In this document: positions 13,191 to 25,430 of the stretch, one piece after another | How positions within the stretch are numbered: the first letter of the stretch is position 1 | Layout: each line of letters opens with the position of its first letter | Assembly (NCBI GenBank): GCA_951406725.2 | Contig: OX597829.1 | Location: forward strand, 30,938,001 to 31,002,000 | DNA from: Octopus vulgaris | Taxonomy: Eukaryota | Direction: 5' to 3' | DNA: 64,000 nucleotides | Program-made: the position numbers and the translations under genes | Notes under the pieces: generated by a model | Seen by the model: only the letters and a program-made list of their open reading frames with translations | Databases searched by the model: none | What the model was told of the DNA's origin: nothing

Positions 13191-13632
13191 GTCATCATCA
13201 TTGTTCGCCCGTGGTCGAGACAATGGATTTTACCATGCTACGCCAGACTTCATGGTGCATCATGGCATTACAGAGGTCCTGTTGCTGGATGCCTGTATCC
13301 CTGGAGATTACATCATGGTAGGAGAGTGTGCGCCCTCTGGTATTGCGAGTAGATGGCTTCCAGAGGAGAAGAGTAGAAATTACCTCTTTTTCAGCTCTAC
13401 AACAATGTCCAGCAAACTGGACTCTCCTACCTTTCACAAGAGATGACACAGGTGGTAGTTTCCCATATATTTGTACTTTGGTTGGATGACGCTTCCATGA
13501 GAGATTTTGAGCTCTCATAAGGCAGCGAGTGTAGGTTCCATCCAACTGCCTCTCAAGCTTCTTTGATAACGTCCATTTTTCTGAGCCATATAATAGAATT
13601 GGTTCGAATTGGTTCGAAGTTTGAAGTCTCTA
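13191..13632 (-). mobile_element. 5'-truncated RTE-like LINE, same family as 737-1134
   Basis: ORF 13198..13545 is nearly identical to 746..1093 and has the TGA tail. Confidence 0.9.
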
Positions 13633-13948
13633 CATATATATATATGCATATGTATATGTTTACTGGTTGTGTGGTAAGTAGCTTGCTTATGAACCATATG
13701 ATTAAGCTTCGCGCAATGGTCATGCTTCACTTTCAATGCCATGTTTATTTACAAACCTGTTATAGACAAACGAAACAATAGACACATGAACAAAAGACAT
13801 ACGCAGATCTTTATGTAAAATGTAGATGTTACGTGAACTGATATCATTTAGGGAAAGTTTTAAATATGGATAAATCTTTGTGGGACGCCCTGAATATATA
13901 CCATTACAATTTGAAAAGTTCAAACTAATAAAAAAAATGAACAATATA

Positions 13949-14340
13949 GGCTCAGGAGTGGCTGTGTGGTAAGTAGCTTGCTTACCAACCACATGGTCCG
14001 GGTTCATTCCTACTGCGTGGCACCTTGGGCAAGTGTCTTCTACTATAGCCTTGGGTTGACTAAAGCTTTGTGAGTGGATTTAGTAGACGGAAAGTGAAAG
14101 CAGCCCATCATATATATGTGTGTGTGTGTATATGCTTGTGTGTCTGTGTTTGTCCACCCAACATCGCTTGAGAACTGATAGTGGTGTGTTTACTTCCTTG
14201 TAACTTAGTGGTTCAGCAAAAGAGACCAATAGAATAAGTACTAGGCTTACAAAGAATGAGTCATGGGGTCGATTTGCTCGACTAAAGGCGGTGCTCCAAC
14301 ATGGCCACAGTCAAATGAAAGAAACAAGTAAAAGAGAATA
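13949..14340 (+). mobile_element. SINE family A
   Basis: Colinear with 2345-2760. Confidence 0.9.
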
Positions 14341-14590
14341 ATAATAACTCAGTAGAGTTCATCAGAAAACATAGACAAACAAATAGCTTTATTAAAACAT
14401 AAGAACATGTACATGCAGGTTCTGCTGGATTTTGACTTTAATAGATACAATAAACTGTGAAAGTTGTAAAGATATTTCATGAACTTTATATAAAAACAAA
14501 CAGCGATTTACACACACACACGCACACACACACACACAAATATGAAATAAACACTGTGCTGGTGTATGTAAACATTAATGATCACATATA

Positions 14591-15145
14591 TTGGGTTGTC
14601 CAGAAAGTTCGTGCCAATTTATAGTAGCTTACCTTTCTACTTATTCAAGAAAATGGTTGAGTCCATAAAATAGGATTTGACTACACCTCCATTCAGAGCA
14701 CAGTTTAAGCTATCTTTTAGTAGAAGAAGGTTTATGTTCCTATAACCTGTAACCGTTTAAAATGAAAGATAAGAAAGTTCATTTTCGGCACTTGATGGTT
14801 TGGGAACCAGACAAAAATTGCTGCAGCTCGGCTGGGATGTTTTACCCCACCCTCCATATTCACCAGATGTTGCTCCTTTAGATTTCCACTTATTCAGGTC
14901 TCTGCAGAATAGTCTTAATGGTAAAAATTTCAATTCATTGGATGACGTAAAAAGATACCTTGATGAAATTTTAGCCATGAAACCACCTCAATTCTGGGAA
15001 GAGGGTATTTTCAAGTTAAAAGAAAGATGGAGATGCATTGTGCTACAAAATGGTTCATATTTGGTTGATTAAAAATGTAATGACAAGTATTTATTCACCA
15101 TTTTCTTTCCTTTAAAAATCTGCATGAATTTTCCGGACAACCCAA
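14591..15145 (+). mobile_element. Internally deleted mariner element with TIRs and TA TSD
   Basis: TA-TTGGGTTGTCCAGAAAGTTC..GAATTTTCCGGACAACCCAA-TA. ORF 14800..15072 has WDVLPHPPYSPDVAPLDFHLF. Confidence 0.93.
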
Positions 15146-15153
15146 TACTTAAC

Positions 15154-15500
15154 ATATATGCATTGTGTATTTGCCGGTAGACTATGATTTGGTAAGCTGT
15201 AGATTACTCCCTCAAATTGCTGAGCGTTAAAATATTTGAAAGTCATGGACAGGTGAGCCACCCCATCAAAAATCCATCCTAGAAGTGATGGACATCGGTG
15301 ACTTATCAACATCATGCACCCAAACTGAATCAGAGGTGAACCAGTTTGGCTACATTATGCTAAAAAGCCACAAAAATGGGATCAGGAGTAGGTTGTCTCA
15401 CCTGTTTGTGACTTTCAGGTGTTTCAACACCCAGTGCTTTGAGGGAATAATCTCCACCATACCAAATTGCAGCCTACTGGCAAACACACATCAAGTATGT
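15154..15500. mobile_element. Foldback/MITE-like element with about 105-bp diverged inverted arms
   Basis: TGTGTATTTGCCGGTAG..ACAGGTGAGCCACC pairs with GGTTGTCTCACCTGT..CTACTGGCAAACACACA. Confidence 0.7.
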
Positions 15501-15526
15501 GTGGTCAGTAATATATATATACATAC

Positions 15527-15596
<70 letters not shown>

Positions 15597-15600
15597 ACAT

Positions 15601-15835
15601 TATTGATAGGAAAGGTAAGACAACAAAAGAATGAAAGAGACCTCAATATTATGTAAATAGAGGAATTTATCTGTAAATATAATATGTGACAATTATTCAG
15701 TAGCCATGATAAGACTCTGAGTTTCAGATGTTGGGGCAGAAACCCATGCCGGCATCTCTTCAGTTATCAGGCCATCGAAAAAAATGGTATGTAAATGACC
15801 ATTAAGACAAAGGGAAATTACTGTGTGATTGACCG
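15601..15835 (-). mobile_element. Short HHR-bearing non-coding element (Penelope pLTR/retrozyme-like), same family as 58804-59081
   Basis: About 180 bp of homology to 58914-59081. The 3' end abuts (TA)n. Confidence 0.75.
15707..15769 (-). ncRNA. Type-I hammerhead ribozyme motif
   Basis: Minus strand: tgataa-CTGAAGA-gatg..catc-t-GAAActc a gagTC-ttatca. Perfect 6-bp stem I, with an extra U before GAAA. Confidence 0.75.
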
Positions 15836-16432
15836 TTATTAAGACAAAAGAGCTATTAGAATGACCGCTAAGTAAGGAGAGGGAGTAAAGGTAAGGGAGT
15901 AAAAATTGTCACATATTATATTTACAGATATGTGTGTGTGTGTGTGTGTGTGTTTGTGTGTGTGTTTGTGTGTGTCTGTGTGTGTGTGTGTATGTATATA
16001 TGTAAGTATGCATGTATGTATGTACATACATCTGTACATATACTCATATATATGTGTGTATGTGTATATAAACAATATTTAAGAGGTTTCATTTACATAA
16101 CTCTTGAACACAATGTTTCCAAAACAGATATTAAAAAAATATCCATCAATGGCATCATCTCATTAGTAACTGAAATCTAAACATAACTACATATATGTAT
16201 GTATAATAAACTAGTATTAAGAAAAAATTGGATTGAACATGTTTTATTACATAGTACTATCATTTTTTTTATAAACTCTACAGATAGTTATGGACTTCTG
16301 TGTGTATATGTAATGTCAAGAGAGAAGTCTCACAGTATGTTAGTATTCAGTAACCAATAACTGTGCAAGATCTTTGTATTGAACACTACAAGGTTTTTTT
16401 TACCAATATTATATTTAAAATATATATATATA

Positions 16433-16662
16433 TTTCCTTACTACCCACAAGGGGCTAAACACAGAGGGGACAAACAAGGACAGACAAAGGAATTAAGTCG
16501 ATTACATCGACCCCAGTGCGTAACTGGTACTTAATTTATCGACCCCGAAAGGATGAAAGGCAAAGTCGACCTCGGCGAAATTTGAACCCGGAATGTAACG
16601 ACAGACGAAATACGGCTATGCATTTCGCCCGGCGTGCTAACATTTCTGCCAGTTCAATGCCT
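16433..16662 (-). mobile_element. SINE family B with TSD TATTTAAAATATATATATAT
   Basis: Full-length copy with a flanking duplication. Confidence 0.9.
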
Positions 16663-16737
16663 TATTTAAAATATATATATATGCATATACACACTCGTGC
16701 ACGCGTGTGTGTGTGTGTAAATATATATACATACACT

Positions 16738-17205
16738 TATGAGGATTCACTGAAAAGTTCACGGGCTGACCAACATTCTCTCATAGAATGTGACCAAATG
16801 AGGTTTTATTTTTCAACATTGTTCCCCTTACAGTCCACACACTTCTTCCATCTGTGTTGCAATGTTTGGATCCCATTGAAGAAGCTTTCATCCTGTTTGT
16901 CAAAAGACTCATCAACAGCAGATATGATGTCATCATCACTGTGTGATACTACTTCCTAACCAAGTGTTTTTTCATGTTGATGAACGGTTAGATGGGGTCC
17001 AGCTAGGAGAATAGGGAGTTTAATCTATCAGTTCAAAGCCACAGTCACACACAGCAGTCATTGAAACCAAGGACTTTTGTGCTGGAGCATTGTCCTGATG
17101 AAACAAAGCTTCTTTCGTCAGTTTTCCTGGGCATTTGGTCTTCATAGCCTATTGTAACAGCCTCAGCAAGTTAGCAGAGTACTCTCCATTGATGGTGTAA
17201 CCCTT
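16738..17205 (-). mobile_element. Mariner 3' fragment, decayed
   Basis: TIR-like TATGAGGATTCACTGAAAAGTTC. Minus-strand HQDNAPAQ and HFVPKLL-type remnants. Confidence 0.7.
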
Positions 17206-17785
17206 CCATGCTATCATGGAAGGGCCACACTAATGATGGCAACGTTATGCCTCCATTCATCTCCCCACACAGCCTCAGACTCAATATGGAGGCTTACTTC
17301 AAGTGCCTGGAGGAGGTTGTGGTGCCCTGGGTCAAGAGGGTGGTTGCTGGGAGACCCTATGTCTGGCAAAAGAACTCTGCACCATGCCACACAAGCAGGG
17401 AACCCAGTCATGGCTGTCAGACAATTTTTGCGACTACATCACTCCAAACATCAGGCTACTCCCCAGACTGCAAACCCCTTGGTTATTATGTGTGGGGCAC
17501 AGTTGAGCAAGAGACCAACAAGACTCCTTGTAACACCAAAGATGAACTGAAGGCAAGTATTATGGCAGCATTCATCAACTTAAGCCAGGAGACCGTCCAG
17601 AGGAGTTGCAGGAGATTCTGAAGTTGTCTGGTTGAAGCCAATGGCAATTTTATTGAATAAATTTACTGTTTAGTGTTTCAAGATATATTTTTATATAATT
17701 TTGGAAAATATATCTGTTGAAATGAAATGTCAGTGTTATTTTCGTTTTTGTGTGATTTAGATGACAATTTATTCACCGCAGCCTG

Positions 17786-17786
<1 letters not shown>
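17206..17786 (+). mobile_element. Tc1/mariner (maT/DD37D-like) transposase 3' fragment
   Basis: ORF 17208..17621 has YVWQKNSAPCHTS and YSPDCKPLGYYVWG. Terminus GACAATTTATTCACCGCAGCCTG. Confidence 0.82.
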
Positions 17787-17818
<32 letters not shown>

Positions 17819-18633
17819 TCACACATGTGCACACAAACATATGGTAATTTATGGAGTGCACAGGGTTAGAAAAAAACTCTTGTTCAACACTTTAATATGT
17901 TTCAAATTTACTAATTTACTACACAGGACTGGCACTCTATTTATTGACCCTCCCTGCCAAAAATAAGAATGAAACGTTAAGTAGACATAGGCAGGATTTG
18001 AACTCGGTATCCAGATAATCAGAACTTACACTATAATGTATTATATTGACTGCTCTAACAACTCTGCCAATTGATTGCCATATGAATGTGTATATGTGTT
18101 AGTGTGTAAAGGCCTGTATGATCATAAAAGCCAACCCTTAGGTGTTGGATTTTATGATCATAAGGTTGTGGGTTTCATTTCTGAACTGTAAGGTGCATTG
18201 TTCCATTTTACAATAACTTTCACTTCATGCTTCTCTAATCCATTCAACTGAATCAAGTTCCAGTTGAGCTGTGATGCAGTCCTCTCTATATCTGTCCGTC
18301 TGCTGCCTCTGTCTCTGTCTCTGGTACTGTCTATCTCTCTCTCTCAACTTATTTCTCCATCCCACCTTGCAATCCAATCCTCCCCACACTGCCCACTGTA
18401 TCATTGCTATCCTGTTGTCCATCCCTTCTCTATATACACAGGCCTCAACAGTCATTGCATTCTCTCACTTCTCTGTTCTTTGCATTCACATGGACTCTCT
18501 ATTTGTGCACCCTTAGCAATGATCTACCATCCAATTATATTTTCATCCATGTGCCTTGAGAGTATACCCTGGAACTTCACCAACATACCTCTCATTCTCT
18601 TCCACCCTCAGTTTCTCTCATCCTTGATTACTC

Positions 18634-18690
<57 letters not shown>

Positions 18691-18767
18691 CTCACTCACT
18701 CTCTTTCTCTCACCCTCTCTTTCCAACTGTAAAAACCATGTAGGGAGCTACAGTAAAACATTTATTT

Positions 18768-19002
18768 CTTATTTCTTTATTGCCCACAAGGGGCTAAACA
18801 TAGAGGGGACAAACAAGTACAGACAAAGGGATCAAGTCGATTACATCATCCCCAGTGCATAACTGGTACTTAATTTATCAATCCCGAAAGGATGAAAGGC
18901 AAAGTCGACCTCGGCGGAATTTGAACTCAGAATGTAATGGCAGACGAAATACCACTAAGCATTTCGCATAGCATGCTAACGTTTCTGCCAGCTCGTCGCC
19001 TT
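18768..19002 (-). mobile_element. SINE family B with 14-bp TSD
   Basis: TSD TAAAACATTTATTT at 18754-18767 and 19003-19016. Confidence 0.92.
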
Positions 19003-19124
19003 TAAAACATTTATTTTTATCCCTCTGTCATACACTAATCTCTCATCACCTGACACAAAGCCACCCACTCCAGTAGTGCCTCCTTTCAAAGGATCTTTGT
19101 CTTGCAAGTTACTTGGTAACCTCA

Positions 19125-19310
19125 CTGGTACTGGTGCCACGTGAAGACCATCTCATCCACTCTGTAAAGTGATTCGCATTCAGAAGGGCATCCAGCTGTA
19201 GAAACCATGCCAAAACAGACAGTGAACCTTGGTTAGCCAGCTCCTGTCAAACCATTCAACCCATGCCAGCATGGAAAACAGGCGTTAAATGATGATGATG
19301 ATGATGATGA
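19125..19310 (+). mobile_element. SINE/short retroposon family C (GAT-tailed)
   Basis: GAAGGGCATCCAGCTGTAGAAAC..AACCCATGCCAGCATGGAAA..GTTAAATGATGATG. Other copies near 21510, 26955, 28650, 35575, 40800 and 53305. Confidence 0.82.
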
Positions 19311-19729
19311 GGTGGAGGATCTTATTACCAAGTCATGTTTGTTTAGTTTTTGCTTTCTACATGCACTCTGTAACTCACCAAAATTCTGAACACAGTTTTG
19401 AATGCACTTCCTGGGTTCTAAATACTGAAATTTTGTCAAGTAATTTAAATTTTAAATCACTAGATACATATGTATGAGTGTGTGTGTGCTTGCATGTGTG
19501 TATGTGAAATTATGTTCCATTGTGTGCATCTGGTATATGCAAATGCAACTGTGTTTAAGACAGAATGTCTATTATATGTAAGATTTGTAACACTTCAGCA
19601 TTGCAATTCACTGGTTTAAACAAAAATATAAAAGTAAAAAAAAAAAGAATACGAAGGACTCATTTCTGTTCATTATGCTTTCATGTTTATAAATGTCTGT
19701 ATGTGTGTGTATGTGTGTGTATGTGTGTG

Positions 19730-19817
<88 letters not shown>

Positions 19818-21105
19818 CATGTGTGTGTGAACGTGTGTGTTTATTTCCATGGTAATAAGGAAGTGGCTTATAATGTTTTCTACTTGCTGCAGTGAAACAA
19901 TTTCAACAATGATTATAACATTATTATTATTATTATTATATATTTTGTAATCCATCCAGACTCTTATCTTATTAATTTCTGAGCTATTGATTCACTTCAG
20001 TTTGATTAAGTATGACACATTTGTAAAAATCTCTTTTGACATTTTACTTAGATTGCTTTATTCTTTATACGTATTTTACTTTCATCATTTGTCCTCCGAC
20101 TCAAATGTGTTTAAAATTTAATAGGATACAGTGTTTGATTCAGCAGAGCATCACTGAGTTTTGAATTCAAATCGTGCCAAAGCTAGCTGTTTCTTTCATT
20201 CCTCCTTGGTCGACAAAAAACTGGAGTATTAAATATGTACAGGAAACCGAGTTAATGTTCTTCTAAGACATCCTAAGATAAAATGGAAGAAAAAAAAGAC
20301 CATTGTTCATCTTCTCCCACATGTTGCCATTGAGTGAAGGAGTCTCTCAGCATGTTATCACTTCTTGTAATATCTCTTCATCGTTCATACACCACAGATG
20401 AAAATCATCCAAACATTGTTATTGTGAACATCATGTGCCTAACGTGGCTTTTACAGAGTCATTCTCATTTACTACCAATCACTTGACAATCTGGATTGGG
20501 TGTGCTTTGATACAGCAGAGCATCATTGAGTTTTGAATTCAAATCCTACCTAGGCTAGCTGTTTCTTTCACCAGGAGTATCAACTGAGTACTGGAAACTC
20601 ATTTAATGTTCTTGTAAAACATCCTGAAATACAATGGAAGAAAAAAAGACCAGCATACATACATGCATACATATATACATACATACATACATGCATACAT
20701 ACATACATACATGCATACATACATACATACATGCATACATACATACATACATACATACATACATACATACATACATACATACATACATACATACAGACAC
20801 ATACATACACACACACACATACATACATACATAAAAATACATACATACATACATACATACATACATACATACATACATACATACATACATACATACATAC
20901 ATACATACATACATAAATACATACATACATACATACATACAAATATATATATATATAGTCAATTCAAATAAACAATCAGTTCAAATAAATGAATAATAAA
21001 ATTAACAGACAAGAGGAGGTGTACAAGGAATGCATTAGCTTGATGCTTGGCAAAAAGAGGCTGTTTGACATTTTGGAGCATTGCTCTTCATTGGAAAGGA
21101 AAAAG

Positions 21106-21300
21106 GGTCATGTGTTGCATATTGATAAGGAGAGCTGTGTGAAGAAGTGTCACTCTCTAACAGTTGAAGGAACCTGTGGAAGAAGGAGATCCAGGAAGAC
21201 ATGGGATGATGTGGTGAAGCATGACCTTCAAACATTAATGACGAAAGACCAAGACCTCTGGAGATATGCTGTGATTGAGAAGACCTGGCAAGTAAAATGA
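21106..21300 (+). mobile_element. RTE LINE 3' fragment
   Basis: GHVLHIDKESCVKKC..VEGTCGRRRSRKTWDDVV..DQDLWR. Copies at 27375-27570 and 29070-29328. Confidence 0.85.
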
Positions 21301-21738
21301 GATCACAGCTTAGCCTACACCAGTGTCACATAACAGGTGACATGCCATGCTTGAGGAGACCTATTGAGTCAAGTAAAATCAAAATCAAATTAAATCAAAT
21401 CACAATCAAATGGAAATTGTAGTTGTGGCTGATGCCAGTGCTGCCTGACTGGCATGCTATAAACACCATGCACGCATGGGTCATTGCCAGTACTGCCTGA
21501 CTGGCTCTCATGCTAATGGCATGTAAAAGGCACCCACTGCACTCTGAGAGTGGTTGGCATTAGGAAGGTCATTCAGCTGTAGAAACCTTGCCAGATCAGA
21601 TTGGAGCCTGGTGTAGCCTCCTGGCTTGCCAGTCCCCAGTCAAACCGTCCAACCCAGGCCAGTATAGAAAGCGGACGTTAAACGATGATGATAATGATAA
21701 TGATGATGATGATGATATATACATACATATATATATAA

Positions 21739-22433
21739 ATAATTAATTAATAAGGGTGAGAGAATTAGATACTAATTTAATAGTATATTTATTCCACACC
21801 AAGTGGCCTAGTGCTACGAGAAACCTGGATTATTATAATATTTTATAACATATTATAATATTTTCACAAAATAAATATAAGAGAGTGGTCACTATATTGA
21901 TCACTCTAGCACCAGTTAATCCAAAAGGTTTCAACCACGAAAATACATGTTTCCCATGAAAGCCAGTACGACTGTTAGCTCACACGGACAGGGCAAATAA
22001 AAAATAACAAAAATACAGATTATTTTGGGACAATTGTTTCGCTATTAATGAATTAAATGTAATATTACTTACAATAATCCATTTGTAGCTCGTCAGCCAA
22101 GACTATCTGGATGAAATCCACTCAATCACACGCCAGATTTTACCATAACGATAAATACGCGTGTGGTTCAATTGATTACATCCGACGTTATAATTCAAAT
22201 GCCCCAACCAACAGCGCGCCAAACTCTCACGGAAAACAAATACAGCATTTAGAAATAAATGCAGCATAATTATAATTAATTAATAAGGGTGAGAGAATTA
22301 GATACTAATTTAATAGTATATTTATTCCACACCAAGTGGCCTAGTGCTACGAGAAACCTGGATTATTATAATATTTTATAACATATTATAATATTTTCAC
22401 AAAATAAATATAAGAGAGTGGTCACTATATTGA
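21739..22433 (-). mobile_element. HHR-bearing retrozyme/Penelope-pLTR-like element, 1.3 tandem copies of a 533-bp unit
   Basis: 162-bp direct repeats at 21739-21900 and 22272-22433, identical by eye. Non-coding, with an intact HHR. Absent from the paralogous copies at about 26.9 and 28.6 kb. Confidence 0.85.
22017..22109 (-). ncRNA. Intact type-I hammerhead ribozyme
   Basis: Minus strand: ttgg-CTGACGA-gcta..tagc-GAAAcaattgTC-ccaa. Full consensus core, G-C closing stem II, palindromic stem III ACAATTGT, stem I extends to about 13 bp. Confidence 0.9.
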
Positions 22434-22728
22434 CACACACACACACATATATACACATACACACACACATATATATATACATATATACACATATGCATAT
22501 ATATATATATGTATATGTATATGTATATATATATACATACATACATACATACATACATACACACACACATACATACATACATACATACATACACATACAT
22601 ACATAAATACATACATACATACATACATACAGATACATACATACATACATACATACATACATACACACACACACATACATACATACATACATACACACAC
22701 ACACATACATACATAAAAATACATACAT

Positions 22729-22761
<33 letters not shown>

Positions 22762-23340
22762 TACCTACATAAATACATACATACAGATACATACATACAT
22801 ACATACACACATACATACATACACACACACATACATACATACATACATACATACATACACACACATACATACATACATACATACATACACACACACACAT
22901 ACATACATACATACATACACACACACACATACATACATACATACATACACACACACATACATACATAAATACATACATACATACATACATACATACATAC
23001 ATACATACATACATACATACATACATACATACATACATACATACATACATACATACATACATACAAATATATATATATATAGTCAATTCAAATAAACAAT
23101 CAGTTCAAATAAATGAATAATAAAATTAACAGACAAGAAGACGTGTACAAGGAATGCATTAGCTTGATGCTTGGCAAAAAGAGGGTGTTTGACATTTTGG
23201 AGCACTGCTCTTCATTGGAAAGGAAAAAGGGAAAATTTCAAAGAAGGAAAAAAAATTGCCAACAGCATGTGTGTACATATATATATATATATACATATAC
23301 AGCATGTGTGTACATATATATATATATATATATATGTATA

Positions 23341-23603
23341 TTTATTTTATAGAAGGAGCTTCTACAGGACTAGAACTGTTTCATTCAAATGAAATCATCA
23401 GGAAGCTTGGCGTCAAGAATAGTTTTGGCATTTATACATTTAGGCAGATTTGATGGGGTGGTGGTGGGGGACTTTTTTTGATGATTTCATTTGAATGAAA
23501 CAGTTCTAGTCCTGTAGAAGCTCCTATAAAATAAATTAATTTACTCTGCCATGTATTGAGTACCTTATTTACTGTGGTTAACCCCGACTCAACCCGGGAC
23601 CTA
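23341..23603. mobile_element. HHR-bearing element with inverted end (arms 23341-23400 and 23480-23535) inserted in (TA)n
   Basis: About 58-bp near-perfect inverted repeat, with TA runs on both flanks. Confidence 0.8.
23357..23407 (-). ncRNA. Type-I hammerhead ribozyme motif
   Basis: Minus strand: agcttc-CTGATGA-t ttca tt tgaa t-GAAAcag ttctagtc ctgTA-gaagct. Perfect 6-bp stem I and 4-bp stem III. Stem II is closed by a U-U mismatch. Confidence 0.8.
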
Positions 23604-24329
23604 CATATATATATATATATATGTACACCCCCCCCCACCATCCCCCTGCAATTCTACCATCAAATTCAGCTTTACATTTCTCTTCACTGAGACTATCTAC
23701 AGCCAGGGTGTTGTGGAAGGATTTCTGACCACCCCTATGTGATTAAAAGTAGACTGACACATTGCTATAAAATAAAGAACTGTGAGCAATTCATGGGTTG
23801 GCAGTTCACTGCGAGCCATTGACAGAGAGCATTTAACCTTGTGTAACAGTAATCATAGTGTGTCATGTGAATACTTTCTTTCCCACCTGCTTTATTAAGT
23901 TATATATCCAACACCAGGATATAAAACAGGGAAACTCACAAAACTACTATGTCCATTGTTACTTACAGGATGAAATAGGAAACTCTAGTGAAACAAATAT
24001 GTGGATACTATTTCATTGATATTCCAAGATCTTCCAGAACAAACTGAGGATGTTGAAACAGATTGGAGATTGGAGAGTATTGTAGTTTGCTTGAAGCATT
24101 GTTTATTGTTTGTAAAGAATAAAAAGTTTTGAATGGTACAACAATGCACTACAATACAGACAAAGGGCTATATACCTGTTGTAATTTAGTCATCCATAGT
24201 CTGGTATGATATTTCAGAATAATATTCCTTCTTCAGATATTCTTAGATGGAGTCGCTGCTATAATTGGGTTTGTTCAACAGGTTCTTGTTCATCTTTACA
24301 ACATTGTAGATGAAAGTGGCTCAGTGTGG

Positions 24330-24720
24330 CACAAAGTAAAAAAAACAAGAATACCGTGCAAAAAAAAGGAGGCTTACAAAGCTTGGTTTTGGAACAAATC
24401 TCCTCTGTTGTGCAGACACAGAATGCTGTGGCAGAAACAGTAAAAACATACAAGGCTGAGTCATGGGGAGATTATGGGGGCTAAGCTAAACTCAGACTTT
24501 AGGTTGACCAATAAGGTATTCTCGCACACCATCCACCGACTTTGTAATGAGAAGCCCTCTTCAATGGCTACCGTTAAGAATTCAGTTGGATTTCTTCACT
24601 CTGCTGTGAAGTGCATTCTTGAGAGACAGAAAAAAATATTTTGCTGATGTAAATTCACTTGCAAAAAACCTTTTGGAGGACACAAGATGCATCTACAGGT
24701 GAAGATTAACCTCACAGGGC
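24330..24720 (+). mobile_element. Decayed RTE-like LINE linker fragment
   Basis: KKEAYKAWF..VAETVKTYKAESWGDYG..LNSDFRLTNKVFSHTIHRL. Confidence 0.55.
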
Positions 24721-24959
24721 TGAAGCCATAGAGGTAATTAAAGTACTCAAATGTGGCAAGACCACAGGAGAGGATGAAATTTGGTCTGCGATGTTAAAAG
24801 TATTAAAAAGAGAAAGTATTCTCTGGGTGGCCCTCTGTGATGGAAAGACTTAGGTTAGGATTATTGGCATGTACAATCATATTCAACATGTAGACCTGGA
24901 AACATATACACTGCAGAAATTGCCTTGAGACAAAAATTCTCTTTACAGACAAAATATTG

Positions 24960-25430
24960 TTGGGCTAGATGTCATTCATAGCCAAATGATGTGTTGTCCA
25001 CATCTCTCAAGACAATTTCTGCAGTGTTCGTGTTTCATTCAGTGCTATTTCAATCAATGCTGCTTTGGTGTGTCTCTAATTAATTAAGAGTCAGAGTAAG
25101 GTTTAGTGTGCAACCAGAAAGAATGGACAAAAAACTTAGGTAATTAAAAGAGGAATACAAGAGAGTCAGGCATGTCTGAGAAGAGGTGATATAAAGGCAA
25201 CCAATTCTGAGTAGCAAAGATTATTGCAGTAGCAGTAGAAGAGAATGTAAAGCGAAGAGACTGTACACTCTTGGATAAGAGACTGCATGTCTTCCAAGTG
25301 ATTTCATGCCAATCAACCAAGTCACCTTTCTCTGGATAGAGTCTAAGACAATTCTATTTATCTGTAGCAGCAGTATGTCCAAAATATAGGACAGGTATCC
25401 CATCAAACAGCATCCCATTGCTTACATACA
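24960..25430 (-). mobile_element. Decayed CR1/Jockey-like LINE 3' end
   Basis: VLDSIQRKVTWLIG, resembling LLDRIQRKAIRLI, in ORF 25221..25418. Confidence 0.55.

Larger units (their letters stand above)
20655..23231 (+). repeat. Segmental duplication arm A-B-A: (CATA)n + X fragment, RTE 3' end + SINE-C, then (CATA)n + X fragment
   Basis: 20945-21108 matches 23069-23231. 20945-21740 is the near-identical reverse complement of 26930-27730. Confidence 0.9.

Noticed and set aside
20135-20652. Two diverged direct repeats of about 150 bp that look like LTRs
   Set aside because: A third relative lies at about 35410. They look like old SINE-derived copies, with no TG..CA ends, PBS or TSD.
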